From assembly GCF_009914755.1 (NCBI RefSeq), contig NC_060948.1: DNA of 64,000 nucleotides; one strand, written 5' to 3'. The first letter of the stretch is position 1, and the number at the start of each line of letters is the position of its first letter. Position numbers and translations under genes: made by a program. This document shows, one piece after another, positions 12,615 to 23,350 of the stretch. The notes below the pieces were generated by a model. The model saw only the letters and a list, made by a program, of their open reading frames with translations. It searched no databases and had not been told where the DNA came from. This DNA is from the human T2T-CHM13v2.0 reference genome, Homo sapiens.

Positions 12615-15560
12615 ATATGTTGATAACCGCTTATTTGCAATCCAACCAAAAATGCCTCAGACCTAAATACTATTACAACTCTTTGGACATTGGCTCCTTG
12701 TGGGTATAAAGTGTCTCCTTCCAAAGCTCAAATCTTCTCTCAGGAGGTTTGATTCTTGAGACTAACATTCATCCCAGGGCCCAAGGATCTCTCAGACCAC
12801 CGCAAAAATCTTATGCTAAACGTGGACATTCCATCCACTAAACATCAGTTGTAGTCCTTTCTTCGAATGGTAGGTTTCTGTCACATTTGGACAACCCGGT
12901 TAGGACTTATAGCAAAACCTCTTTATGGGGCACTGCAAGGATCGGCGGGGGGGAGCTCTTAAATTGGAGCCTTGAAATGGACAGTGTTCTAAAAACCCTC
13001 AAACAAGCCCACGCCCTGGCCTTGCCAGATCTTACAAAGCATCTTTACTTGTTCATAGTTGAGAGAAGGGATACAGCCCTTGGAGTCCTCACTCAGCCAC
13101 TGGGACCCTCCCAGTGGCCAGCTAGTTACTTGTCAAAAAAAAGGCATGGGGATGGCTGCCATGCCTCTGAGTGCTAGTGTGTGTGGCTCTCCTGGTTGTG
13201 GAGGCCTCCGAGCTAATTCTGGGCCAAGCAATAACTGTCTACACCCCACATCAAGTAATGAATGTCCTAAACTCAAAGGCCTTTCACTGGATCTCACAGA
13301 GCCATATAAGCAAATTTCCAACACTCCTTCTACAGGTACCAGAATTGAGTATTAGGCTCTGCCAACCCTTAATGCTGGCATGCTGTTACCAAACCCAAAT
13401 GTGGAGAGGCCACTTTAACATTCTTGCTTGGAAACCATAGATCTAACCTGTAATGTTAGACCAGACCTCCAGGATATTCCCCTTATAGATTCAGAGGCCA
13501 CACGGTACACAGATGGCAGTAGCTTTATGATAGGTGGAACCCAACTGTCAGGGTATGCTACTATTAACCTAACTGAAATCACAGAATCTGGACCTCTGCC
13601 AGGAAGTAGCACCTCAGCCCAAAAGGCTGAGCTCATTGCTCTTACCTGTGCCTTACAATTAGGGGCAGGCCTGAGGCTTAATATTTACACAGACTCAGCC
13701 TATGTCTATCATGCAGTGCATGCCCATGCAGCCATTTGGCAGGAAAGAGGACTTTTAATGGCCTGAAATACTTCCATTAAATGTGTTCCTGAAATCATGG
13801 CCCCGTTGGAGGCAGCTATGCTTCCCCCACAGGTCACTATCATTCACTGCAAAGCCCATCAGAGAAGCAATGATGAAATCTCTATCGGGAACACCTGGGC
13901 TGACAAATAAGTAAAAGTGGCTGCCAGGTCACCCTTTCAGGCTGTCTTCATTCCTAGCCTAACTTCCCTGTCTCCACACTATAAAGAGGGGGAAGCCCAA
14001 AAAGCTCTAGAAAGAGGTTTCTCCCATACCTCAGAGGGCTGGCTAAAAAGTCCTAATGGCAAACTCTTGCTCCCAGGAGCCTCACAATTGAAGTTTCTAA
14101 ATAGCGTATACCAATCAACTCATCTAGGGGCTAAGGCCTTCCAAGATCTAATAAAGTCACTGTTCACCAGCACGGGGATAGCCCAAGCTCTATGAGCCAT
14201 CTCACAGGCATGTCCCACCTGAGGCCAAATAAACCCAGAGGGAGGACACAAACCTCCCCAAATCCTTCAACCCATTCTAAGAGAGGAACCCTACCCCGAG
14301 AAGACTGGCAAATATATTTTACACACATGCATCATGCAATGTGTGTATTTGTTAGTCAGGTATTTGTTAGTCTTTGTAGACACCTTCACTGGATGGATAA
14401 AGGCCCTTCCCGCCAAAACTGCATGGGCCTCAGAAGTCACCTCAGCCCTTTTAGACCGCATTCTTCCTTGTTTTAGGCTCCCTCATGCCCTACAGTCAGA
14501 CAATGGCCCCACTTTCATTTCTTAAAATGAGGGACCCTAGGTCCCTCCCATAACGCGTCAGAATTCTGAGAGATACAAGTCAAGTTGACATTTCGGTGGA
14601 GACACAGCCAAACCATATCAAGCTACGTGAAGGTAAAACCAGGTACGATGGGTGTTCACTTGATTTTTGGTTCTCATGAAATTTCATTTCATTTTTTCTC
14701 TACGAACACTACAAAACTTAGCCAGCTCTGGTGGTGCACACTTGTAATCCCAGCTACTCGGGAGGCTGGGGCAAGAGAAGCACTTGAACCGAGGAGGTGG
14801 ATGTTATAGTGAACCGAGATGGTGACACTGCACTCCAGCCTGGGCCTGAACAACAGTGTGAGATGAGAATCTGTCAAAAAAAAAAAAAAAAAAAGAAAAA
14901 AGAAAAAAATAATTTTTTTGTTTTTTTCAGAGAATCAGTGAAGCTCTCCAGATCAAATATTATCTGCATGCGTCTTGACGTCCACAATCTTCTGGGAAGG
15001 CGGAGACAGCCAATCAAACCAGAAAAAGCACCTCACAAAGTTAACACATGAAACCCAACAGTTATGGTCAACTTTGCCCCCCATTGTACTCTTAAGAGCC
15101 TGTATCACCGCAAAATGTGAAGCCCATCTAGCCCTTTCGAGATTCTCTTTGGAATCTCTTTGGAAGATCTTTCTTCCAAACTGACCTTTTGTTAGACCCA
15201 AAGAGACATTATCTCATACAGTATGTTATGTCCCTGGGACAAACCATCAAGGCCATCAATCATTATCAAAGTCTTCATAGCCCAACACCTGGCCCCTCTT
15301 TTTCAGGAAACACTCACCCTAACCTTATGCCTGAAGACTAGGTATATCTTAAAACTCTCCCACAGGACAAAAAGCCACTGGAGCCAGCGTGGACTGGACC
15401 ATACCAAGTTCTCCTTATGACCCCGACAGCTGTTCAACTCAAACATCAAGTGGATTTACTGCTCCAGGGTCAAGGTGGCACCAGCACCCCACAAAGAACG
15501 CACTACCTACACCTGTGAACCAGTTGGAGACGTTTGTCTATTGTTCAGGAGGGACTCAAA
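12615..15560 (+). mobile_element. Class I (gammaretrovirus-like) ERV internal pol remnant: RT C-terminus, RNase H, integrase; interrupted at ~14530-14927
   Basis: ORF fragments ALALPD (RT connection), YTDGSSF...[10 protein letters not shown]...NIYTDSAY...HAAIWQERG (RNase H), YLLVFVDTFTGW...LQSDNGPTF (integrase core). It resumes as QRISEALQIKYYLHAS*RPQSSGKAE. Many stops and frameshifts. Confidence 0.9.
14537..14910 (+). repeat. Composite local duplication of 15699-15842 and 17036-~17220
   Basis: By-eye alignment gives ~94% identity to both donors. It shares private Alu features (gggcctgaacaacag, gatgaga) with the Alu at 16924. Confidence 0.9.
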
Positions 15561-15586
15561 CTCAGGCAATATCCGCCTTAATACTT

Positions 15587-15782
15587 AGAAGAAGCAAAAG
15601 CAGAAACCCCTGGTAAATCCATCAGATCCCATGAGACTTACTCACTATCAGGAGATTAGCACAGGAAAGACCGGCCCCCATGATTCAATTACCTCCCTCT
15701 AGGTCCCTCCCATAACACGTCGGAATTCTGGGAGATACAAATCAAGTTGAGATTTTGGTGGGGACACAGCCAAACCATATCA
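15587..15782 (-). mobile_element. THE1 (THE1C-like) LTR fragment
   Basis: ccatcagatc...cccccatgattcaattacctccc...gggacacagccaaaccatatca. Confidence 0.85.
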
Positions 15783-16039
15783 AGCTACGTGAAGTTAAAA
15801 CCAGGTACTATGGGTGTTCACTTGATTTTTGGTTCTCATGAAGATGTTTTTTTCTGTGTAGATAGTTGTTAAATTGGTGTCCTTGGTGGGGGGTCAGGGG
15901 GACAATCAGTGAAGCATTCTGTTCCGTCGTCTTTCTCCTCCTGTAGATCTGTAGTATATTTTGAAATATACCTTTGTAGTATATTTTGAAGTCAGGTAGT
16001 GCGATGCCTCCTTGTGTGTTCTTCTATGGGCCCAGTTTC

Positions 16040-16297
16040 TGGAGTCCTAAAGCAATTACAATAATAACATCAAAGATCACTGATCAGAAATCATCATAAC
16101 AGATATAATCATGATGGAAAAGTTGGAAATATTGTGAGAATTACCAAAATGTGACACAGGGACATGAAGTGGGCACATGCTGTTGGAAAAATGACACTGA
16201 CATGCTTGACGGTTGCCAGAAAACTTTAATTTATAAAAAACACACAATATCTATAAACACAAAAATGTGCATCACAATAAAATGAGGTCGACCTGTA
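16040..16297 (+). mobile_element. MER44/Tigger-family DNA transposon fragment
   Basis: gcaattacaataataacatcaaagatcactgatca...gagaattaccaaaatgtgacaca...aataaaatgagg..cctgta. Confidence 0.75.
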
Positions 16298-16397
16298 CCT
16301 GCCAGTACCCAGGTAATTAGTTTACTAGGAATAAGTAATAATAGCTAGAAAAACTAGTTAAATACAGAAATTAAAAAAAAAAAAACAACTGTCTTCT

Positions 16398-17215
16398 CAG
16401 GACACAAAAACATGGAAAGATAGTCCAGGCTTATAGATTGACAGGATTAATATTGTATAATTCACAATACTCACCAAAGCGATTAACAGATTAAATGCAA
16501 GCCCTACCAAACTACCAAAGACATTCTTCACAGAAACAGGAAAAAACTTATAATATTCATAGGAAACCATAAAATACCTCAAATAGCCAAAGCAATCCTG
16601 AGCAAAAAGTGAAAAGCTGGAAGCAGCACACTACCTGACTTCAAAATTTTACGACAAAGCTATAGTGAACCAAGCAGCATGGTACCGGCTTAAAAACAGA
16701 CACAGAGACAAATGGAGCAGAATAGAGAACCTGATATAAAGCCACATGCTTACAACCAACTCAACTTCAACAAAGACAAAAAGAACATATGATGCTGAAA
16801 AGACCAACATTTCAATAAATAGCACTAGGAAAGCTGGATGAGTATATGCAGAAGAATGAAACTAGATTCCTCTCTTTCACCACACACAAAAAGCAAATCA
16901 AAAATGGATTAAAGACTTGAATCTGGCTGGGAGTGGTGGCTCACGCCTGTAATCCTAGCACTTTGGGTGGCCGAGGTGAGTGGGTCACTTGAGGTCAGGG
17001 GTTCGAGACCAGCCTGGCCAGTATGGTGAAACCCGTCTCTATGAAAACTACAAAACTTAGCCAGCTGTGGTGGTGCACACTTGTAATCCCAGCTACTCGG
17101 GAGGCTGGGGCACGAGAATCACTTGAACCGTGGAGGTGGATGTTATGGTGAGCAGAGATGGTGACACTGCACTCCAGCCTGGGCCTGAACAACAGAGTGA
17201 GATGAGACTCTGTCA

Positions 17216-17246
<31 letters not shown>

Positions 17247-18392
17247 CAAAAACCAAAAAAAAAAAAAAAAAAAGACTTGAATTCATGACCTGTAACTGAA
17301 ACCACCAAAAAACATTGGGGAAATGCTCCAGGACATTGGTCTGGGCAAAGACTTCTTGAGTAAGACCTCAAAAGCACAAGAATCAAAGCAAACATAAACT
17401 ATCGGGATTACATCAAGTTAAAAAGCTTCTGCATAGCAAAGGAAATTATCAACCAAGTGAAGAGACAACCCACAGAATGGCAGAAAATATTTGCAAACTA
17501 CCCATCTGATACGGGATTCATAACCAGAATACAGAAGGAGCTCAAAAAAGTTAATAACAAACAATCTGACTTAAAAATGGACAAATAATCTGAATAGATG
17601 TTTCTCAAAAGAAGACACAAAAATGGCCAGCAGGCATATGAAAACATGCTTATTATGAATCATCAGAGAAATACAAATCAAAACCACAATGCAATATCAT
17701 CTCACTCCAGTTAAATGGATTTTATCAAAATACAGGCATGAACAGATGCGAGCAGGGAGGTGGAGAAAGGGGAACCTGTGTACACTGTTGGTGGGAATGT
17801 AATTTACTACAGCCCCTATGGAGAACAGTATGGGGTTCCTCAAAATCCTAAAAATAGAACTAGTATATGATCCAAGTATTCCACTGCTGGGGAAAGAGAG
17901 GGAGGGGGAGAGAGAGGAGAGAGAGAGAGAGAGAGAGAGAGATGGATAGATAGATAAATAAATTTATCTGAAGATCAAAGAGATATATCTGCATACTCAT
18001 GTGTATTGCAGCACAAGTCACAATAGCCAAAATATGGATTTAGCCTAAGTGCCCATTGATGGATGAATGGATTAGGCAAATGTGGCATACGTACACAATG
18101 GAATATTATCCAGGCATGAAAAGAATGACTGGATATTATGTTAAATGAAATAAGCCAGGCACAGAAAAACAAACATTGCATGTTTTCACTCATATATGGG
18201 AGCTAAAAAAGTGGTTCTCATGAAGATAGCGACTATAGTGATGGTTACCAGAGGCCAGAAGGGGAAGCAGGGGATGAAGGGGAAATAAAAGAATATAAAT
18301 GTATTTATTACCACTGAACTGCACGGTTACAGGTGTAAAGCAGATACATTACATGTGTATATTTTACCTCAATAAAAATATATTTTAAAAAT
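16398..18392 (+). mobile_element. L1MA-like ORF2 3' part and 3' UTR
   Basis: L1 ORF2 nucleotide motifs (agccaaagcaatcctgagc, agagacaacccacagaatgg, aaaaccacaatg), ending aataaaa at ~18370. Confidence 0.85.
16925..17273 (+). mobile_element. AluS inserted in L1
   Basis: Full Alu with a (CAAAA)n/A tail and TSD aaagacttgaat on both sides. Confidence 0.93.
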
Positions 18393-19544
18393 AAAATCAC
18401 ATTCTTCTCACCACGTCCTGCTGAGTTATTGTTGGAATAATGAATTACTACCACAGATAAGTCAGGTACCTAAGTAAGTAGTAAAATAGAGACAGCAAGA
18501 ATAGTTCAGTGGAATGTAGAACATAGGGAATCTGGTCAGGTCAGATAAAATTTTGCTGGTGTTGAGTTAATACGTAAGTTCTACTTAACTGGGCTTTCCC
18601 ATGAAACACATTTCATAGAAACAGCTAACAATCATTGCAATACCAAGTGAACCTGATCCTGAAAATCATATCCTTTGCAAGTCTCAATTATTGATTTTAG
18701 TTGGGATAAGAACTTAGAAGGATAGGTGCTGAGTGTTACCCAGGAAAAAAAGGTACAAAGGATAACAGGAGATAATTTGAATATCTATGTGATGTCTGGA
18801 AAAAGCAAAATCCTTCCTAATCATTCTACTACGTTTTGTTGGAATAATGAATTACCACAGACATCTGGTGGTAAACATGTAATTAGCAACCTAAAGATAG
18901 CTAGAATTAGCCAGACCAGGTAATTGATCCCAGGAAGCTGAAGATAACTGGCCTATGCCAGGGAGTTCAATAACCATTTTCCTCAATGCAAAATTCCAAC
19001 CTCATGTTAGAAGTATTACCTAATACAGTAGCTTTCAACTTTATCCAAGTAAGTAATTAACTAGAGATAACTACATGAAGCCAGTACCTGGAATAAACAA
19101 ATTCTTCTCAGTACTAGTTGAATAAACAACTAGCAATTACTAGGAAACTGGTTGAACATAGAAAGTTTAGTAACCACTCCAGTCAATTCTGTGTTCTTAC
19201 TTTTTTTGGATTGTTGACTAGGTACTACGGATATGGTAACTAGAGTTACCTGAGTAAGAGTTAAATACAGAATCCTCCCTAAAATGGGAAAAACTGGTTG
19301 AAGACAGAAGTATAATATTGCATTCTCCTCAATATTTCTCATTTCTTGCTGGAATAATAAGGTGGTTCTGTCAATGGGCAGCAGTACCTAGGTTATTACA
19401 AAGTAAGAAATAAGAAGAGATGACTAGAATAAATATTTGATACCAGAATGGTGAAAAAAAAACCATTCTTTTCAAATAGAAACTCTAATTTCCTGTGTAA
19501 TTAGTGAGTTACAATTAGTACTGGAGATATCTGTATGAGATGTG

Positions 19545-19978
19545 GACTTCATTTCAGGGGTGGGGTACATACTCAACAGATGAGCTGCTGGGTCGTATGG
19601 TAGATCTATTTTGATTTTCCAAGGAACAATTATACTATTTTTTATAACGGCTGTGCCAATTACACGTCTGTCAACAGCATGTAACAGTGAGGTGATAGTT
19701 CATTGTGGTTATCATTTGCATTCTCTGATTATTAACGATGTTGAGCACATTTTCATATACCTGTTGGCCAGTTGTGTGTTTTCTTTCTAGAAATGCCTAT
19801 TCAAGTCCTTTGCCTATTTGTTAACCATACTATTTATTTGCTATTGAGCTATGTGAGTTCTTTATATACTTTGGATATTAACTCATTATTAGATATATGG
19901 TTCGCAAATAGCTTCTCCCAAACCATAGCGTGCCTTTTCATTGTGTTGATTGTTGGCTGTGCAGAAACTTTTAGTTTC
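19545..19978 (-). mobile_element. Old L1 fragments
   Basis: gctgggtcgtatggtagatctatttt; cattgtggttatcatttgcattctctgat...gttgagcacattttcatatacctgttggcc. Confidence 0.75.
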
Positions 19979-19984
19979 CAGGAT

Positions 19985-20130
19985 GCTCACTTGCCCTATA
20001 CATTTCAGCTGCCTAGACCCCCACATTGTGTGAATGTGTGAGCCAATTGTTTAGAATAAACTGTATCTCATATATAATATTATTCATAAATAAATACTAC
20101 ATGGTAGTAAATACATATTTATGATATATA

Positions 20131-20184
<54 letters not shown>

Positions 20185-20231
20185 CCTGTTTGGTTTAGTT
20201 TCTCCTTCTCTGAGGAACCCAGCCCGATACA
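19985..20231 (+). mobile_element. MLT2-type LTR 3' part carrying the (CA)n STR
   Basis: tgtgagccaatt...aataaa...(TA/CA)n...atcctgtttggtt..tttct..gaggaaccc...gataca, the usual MLT2 layout. Confidence 0.65.
20137..20178. repeat. (CA)21 microsatellite, probably Y-STR DYS413 (YCAIII)
   Basis: 21 CA units counted. The marker name is inferred from its recalled position just upstream of VCY. Confidence 0.7.
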
Positions 20232-20639
20232 GATACCCAGCTGAGCTAGTGTGTTTGCTAATCTTGACCTCTGGAAGCCAGTGCTTTAAACCATGAGAAT
20301 GAAAAATTGTGAGGCACTATGTGGATGCTGGGAGAAGCATGTGAGATGGAAAAGTTGTTCCATGGCAGCCAAGAAGTGAATGATCCTCAAGGTGTAGCAG
20401 AGGAATTTGTAGGAGAGAGGGATGACTGACGTCTTCGTACAGCCCTCCATCCATCCCAGTTAGCATGGAGGGATTTTAGGTAGGACATACAGAAACTGGG
20501 TAATGATGGTAGTTGTGGAGGAACAGAATGTACCACTGAATGGGGGTTCCGGGGGAAACATGTGGGGGAAATATCCTCCCTTGCCACATGATCTGCCAAA
20601 ACTGAACATGGGGAGTTTAGGAGGGGCGACATGTCAGTT

Positions 20640-21516
<877 letters not shown>

Positions 21517-21589
21517 GCAGCAACTAAGTTTAGGCCCAGCTGCCAGACCTCAGAGATCTCACCAGCAGGGTGCTTCCCATGTTGATGAC

Positions 21590-21595
21590 AATAAA
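21590..21595 (+). terminator. Polyadenylation signal AATAAA of VCY
   Basis: AATAAA ~74 nt after the stop codon, followed by GT-rich sequence. Confidence 0.8.
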
Positions 21596-21644
21596 ATGAA
21601 TGTGTTGCAAACCGATCTGAGTGACTCCGTGTTCTCTGATGGTG

Positions 21645-22610
21645 AGGAGGGAGGGAGGGGGGGGTAAGAGGTGTGTGGGGAGGGAGGGAGGAAGAGGTGG
21701 TGTGTGGGGAGGGAGGGAGGCAGAGGTGGTGGGTGGGGAGGGAGGAAGGAAGAGGTGGTGTGTGGGGAGGGAGGGAGGAAGAGGTGGTGTGTGGGGAGGG
21801 AGGGAAGAAGTGTGTCAGGAGGGAGGCAGGCGGGAAGAGGTGGTGTGTAGGGAGGGAGGGAGGGAGGCAGAGGTGGTGGGTGGGCAGGGAGGGAGGAAGA
21901 GGAGGTTTGTGGGGAGGGAGGGAAGAAGTGGTGTGGGGAGGGAGGAAGGGGTGGGTGGGGAGGGAGTGAGGAAGAGGTGGTGTGTGGGGAGGGAGGAAGA
22001 GGTGGTGGGTGGGGAGGGAGTGAGGAAGAGGTGGTGTGTGGGGTGGGAGGGAGGGAGGAAGATGAGGTGTGTGGGGAGGGAGGGAGGAAGAGGTGTGTGG
22101 GAAGGGATGGAGGAAGAAGAGGTGTGTGGGGAGGGAGGGAGGAAGAAGAGGTGTGTCAGGAGGGAGACAGGGGGGAAGACGTGGTGTGTGGGGAGGGAGA
22201 CAGGAATACGTGGTGTGTAGGGAGGGAGGGAGGAAAAGGTGTGTGGCGGGGAGGTAGGAAGAGGTGGTGGGTCGGGAGGCAGGGAGGAACAGAAGGTGGG
22301 TGGGGAGTGAGAGAGGGAGAAAGAGGTGGTGTGTAGGGAGGGAGGGAGGAAGAGGTGGCCTGTGGGGAGGGAGGAAGGGTGGAAGAGGTGGTGTGTGGGG
22401 AGAGAGGGAGAAAAAGGTGGTATGCAGGGAGGGAGGGAGGAAGAGGTGGTGTGTTGGGAGGGAGAGAGGAAGAGGTGGCCTGTGGGGAGGGAGGAAGGGG
22501 GGAAGAGGTGGTGAGTGGGGAGCGAGAAACGAAAGAAGGAAGGAAGAGGTGTTGTGCGGGGAGGGAGGGAAGTGGGGTCTTGCGGGCTTGAGGGCAGAGG
22601 GAGAGGTCAC
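21645..22610. repeat. G-rich ~26-30 bp minisatellite (RU2-like repeat of the VCX/VCY CRI-S232 unit)
   Basis: Units like gtggggagggagggaggaagaggtggtgt with a 29-bp period at 21675/21704/21733/21762/21791; almost no C on the + strand. Confidence 0.92.
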
Positions 22611-22974
22611 AGTTTGCCAGACAGGAGCATAAGGTTTGCGTCATGGCTGAGCACTGGAGACAAATTTCCCCCTCACAGGATGACTCTGCTTCATTTAGGG
22701 TTTATTTTTTCTTGCAATCCTGCCAGCACAAGCACCAAGTACCAGGATCTGGATTCTACCTACTTAGGTTTCATTGTTAAAATACCTTTTCCTCAATATA
22801 AACTGATGGTACAATGGTTTCCATCTCTTTCCTTTCAGGGTCCCCTCCCTACAATCTAATATAATTAAGAAGAAAAATTCAAAGTAGAGCAATATCTATC
22901 TACTTGAAAAAAGCCTTTTTGCAACTGAGGAGACAAAAAGTACATTTCATATTTCCATATATTAGAAAGACACA

Positions 22975-23350
22975 GGTCCTTTATATAGTAGAATTCACTG
23001 TATACAAATGTATAGAAACATATGTAAATAAAATGTAATATACAACTATATTTACTGTATACAAAGCTATATATAATATATATTTACATATAAATATATA
23101 AATACAAATATAGGAATATGGATTATATATTTATATGTAATAGAAATATAAATATATATTGATATAGATGATATATATCTGTTAGAAATACGCAGGTCTT
23201 TTCTATAAATACTGGAACCTACTATATAAATGTATATATTAATATATGTGTTTTCTTATGATTTGTAGATTATATATAGAAATATTTATATATTTTATGT
23301 ATAAATACATATATAAACAATTATTCATATATGATATATAATCATTTATT
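22975..23350. repeat. AT-rich low-complexity tract
   Basis: Degenerate (TA)n. Confidence 0.8.

Noticed and set aside
14537-14910. Processed (spliced) retrocopy as the origin of the insertion
   Set aside because: The skipped segment does not start with GT, no TSD is visible, the A-tail is explained by the donor Alu tail, and the junctions have inverted fillers.
12615-15560. ERV pol as a functional or domesticated gene
   Set aside because: Multiple stops and frameshifts, an insertion in the integrase core, and no gag or flanking LTR pair seen.
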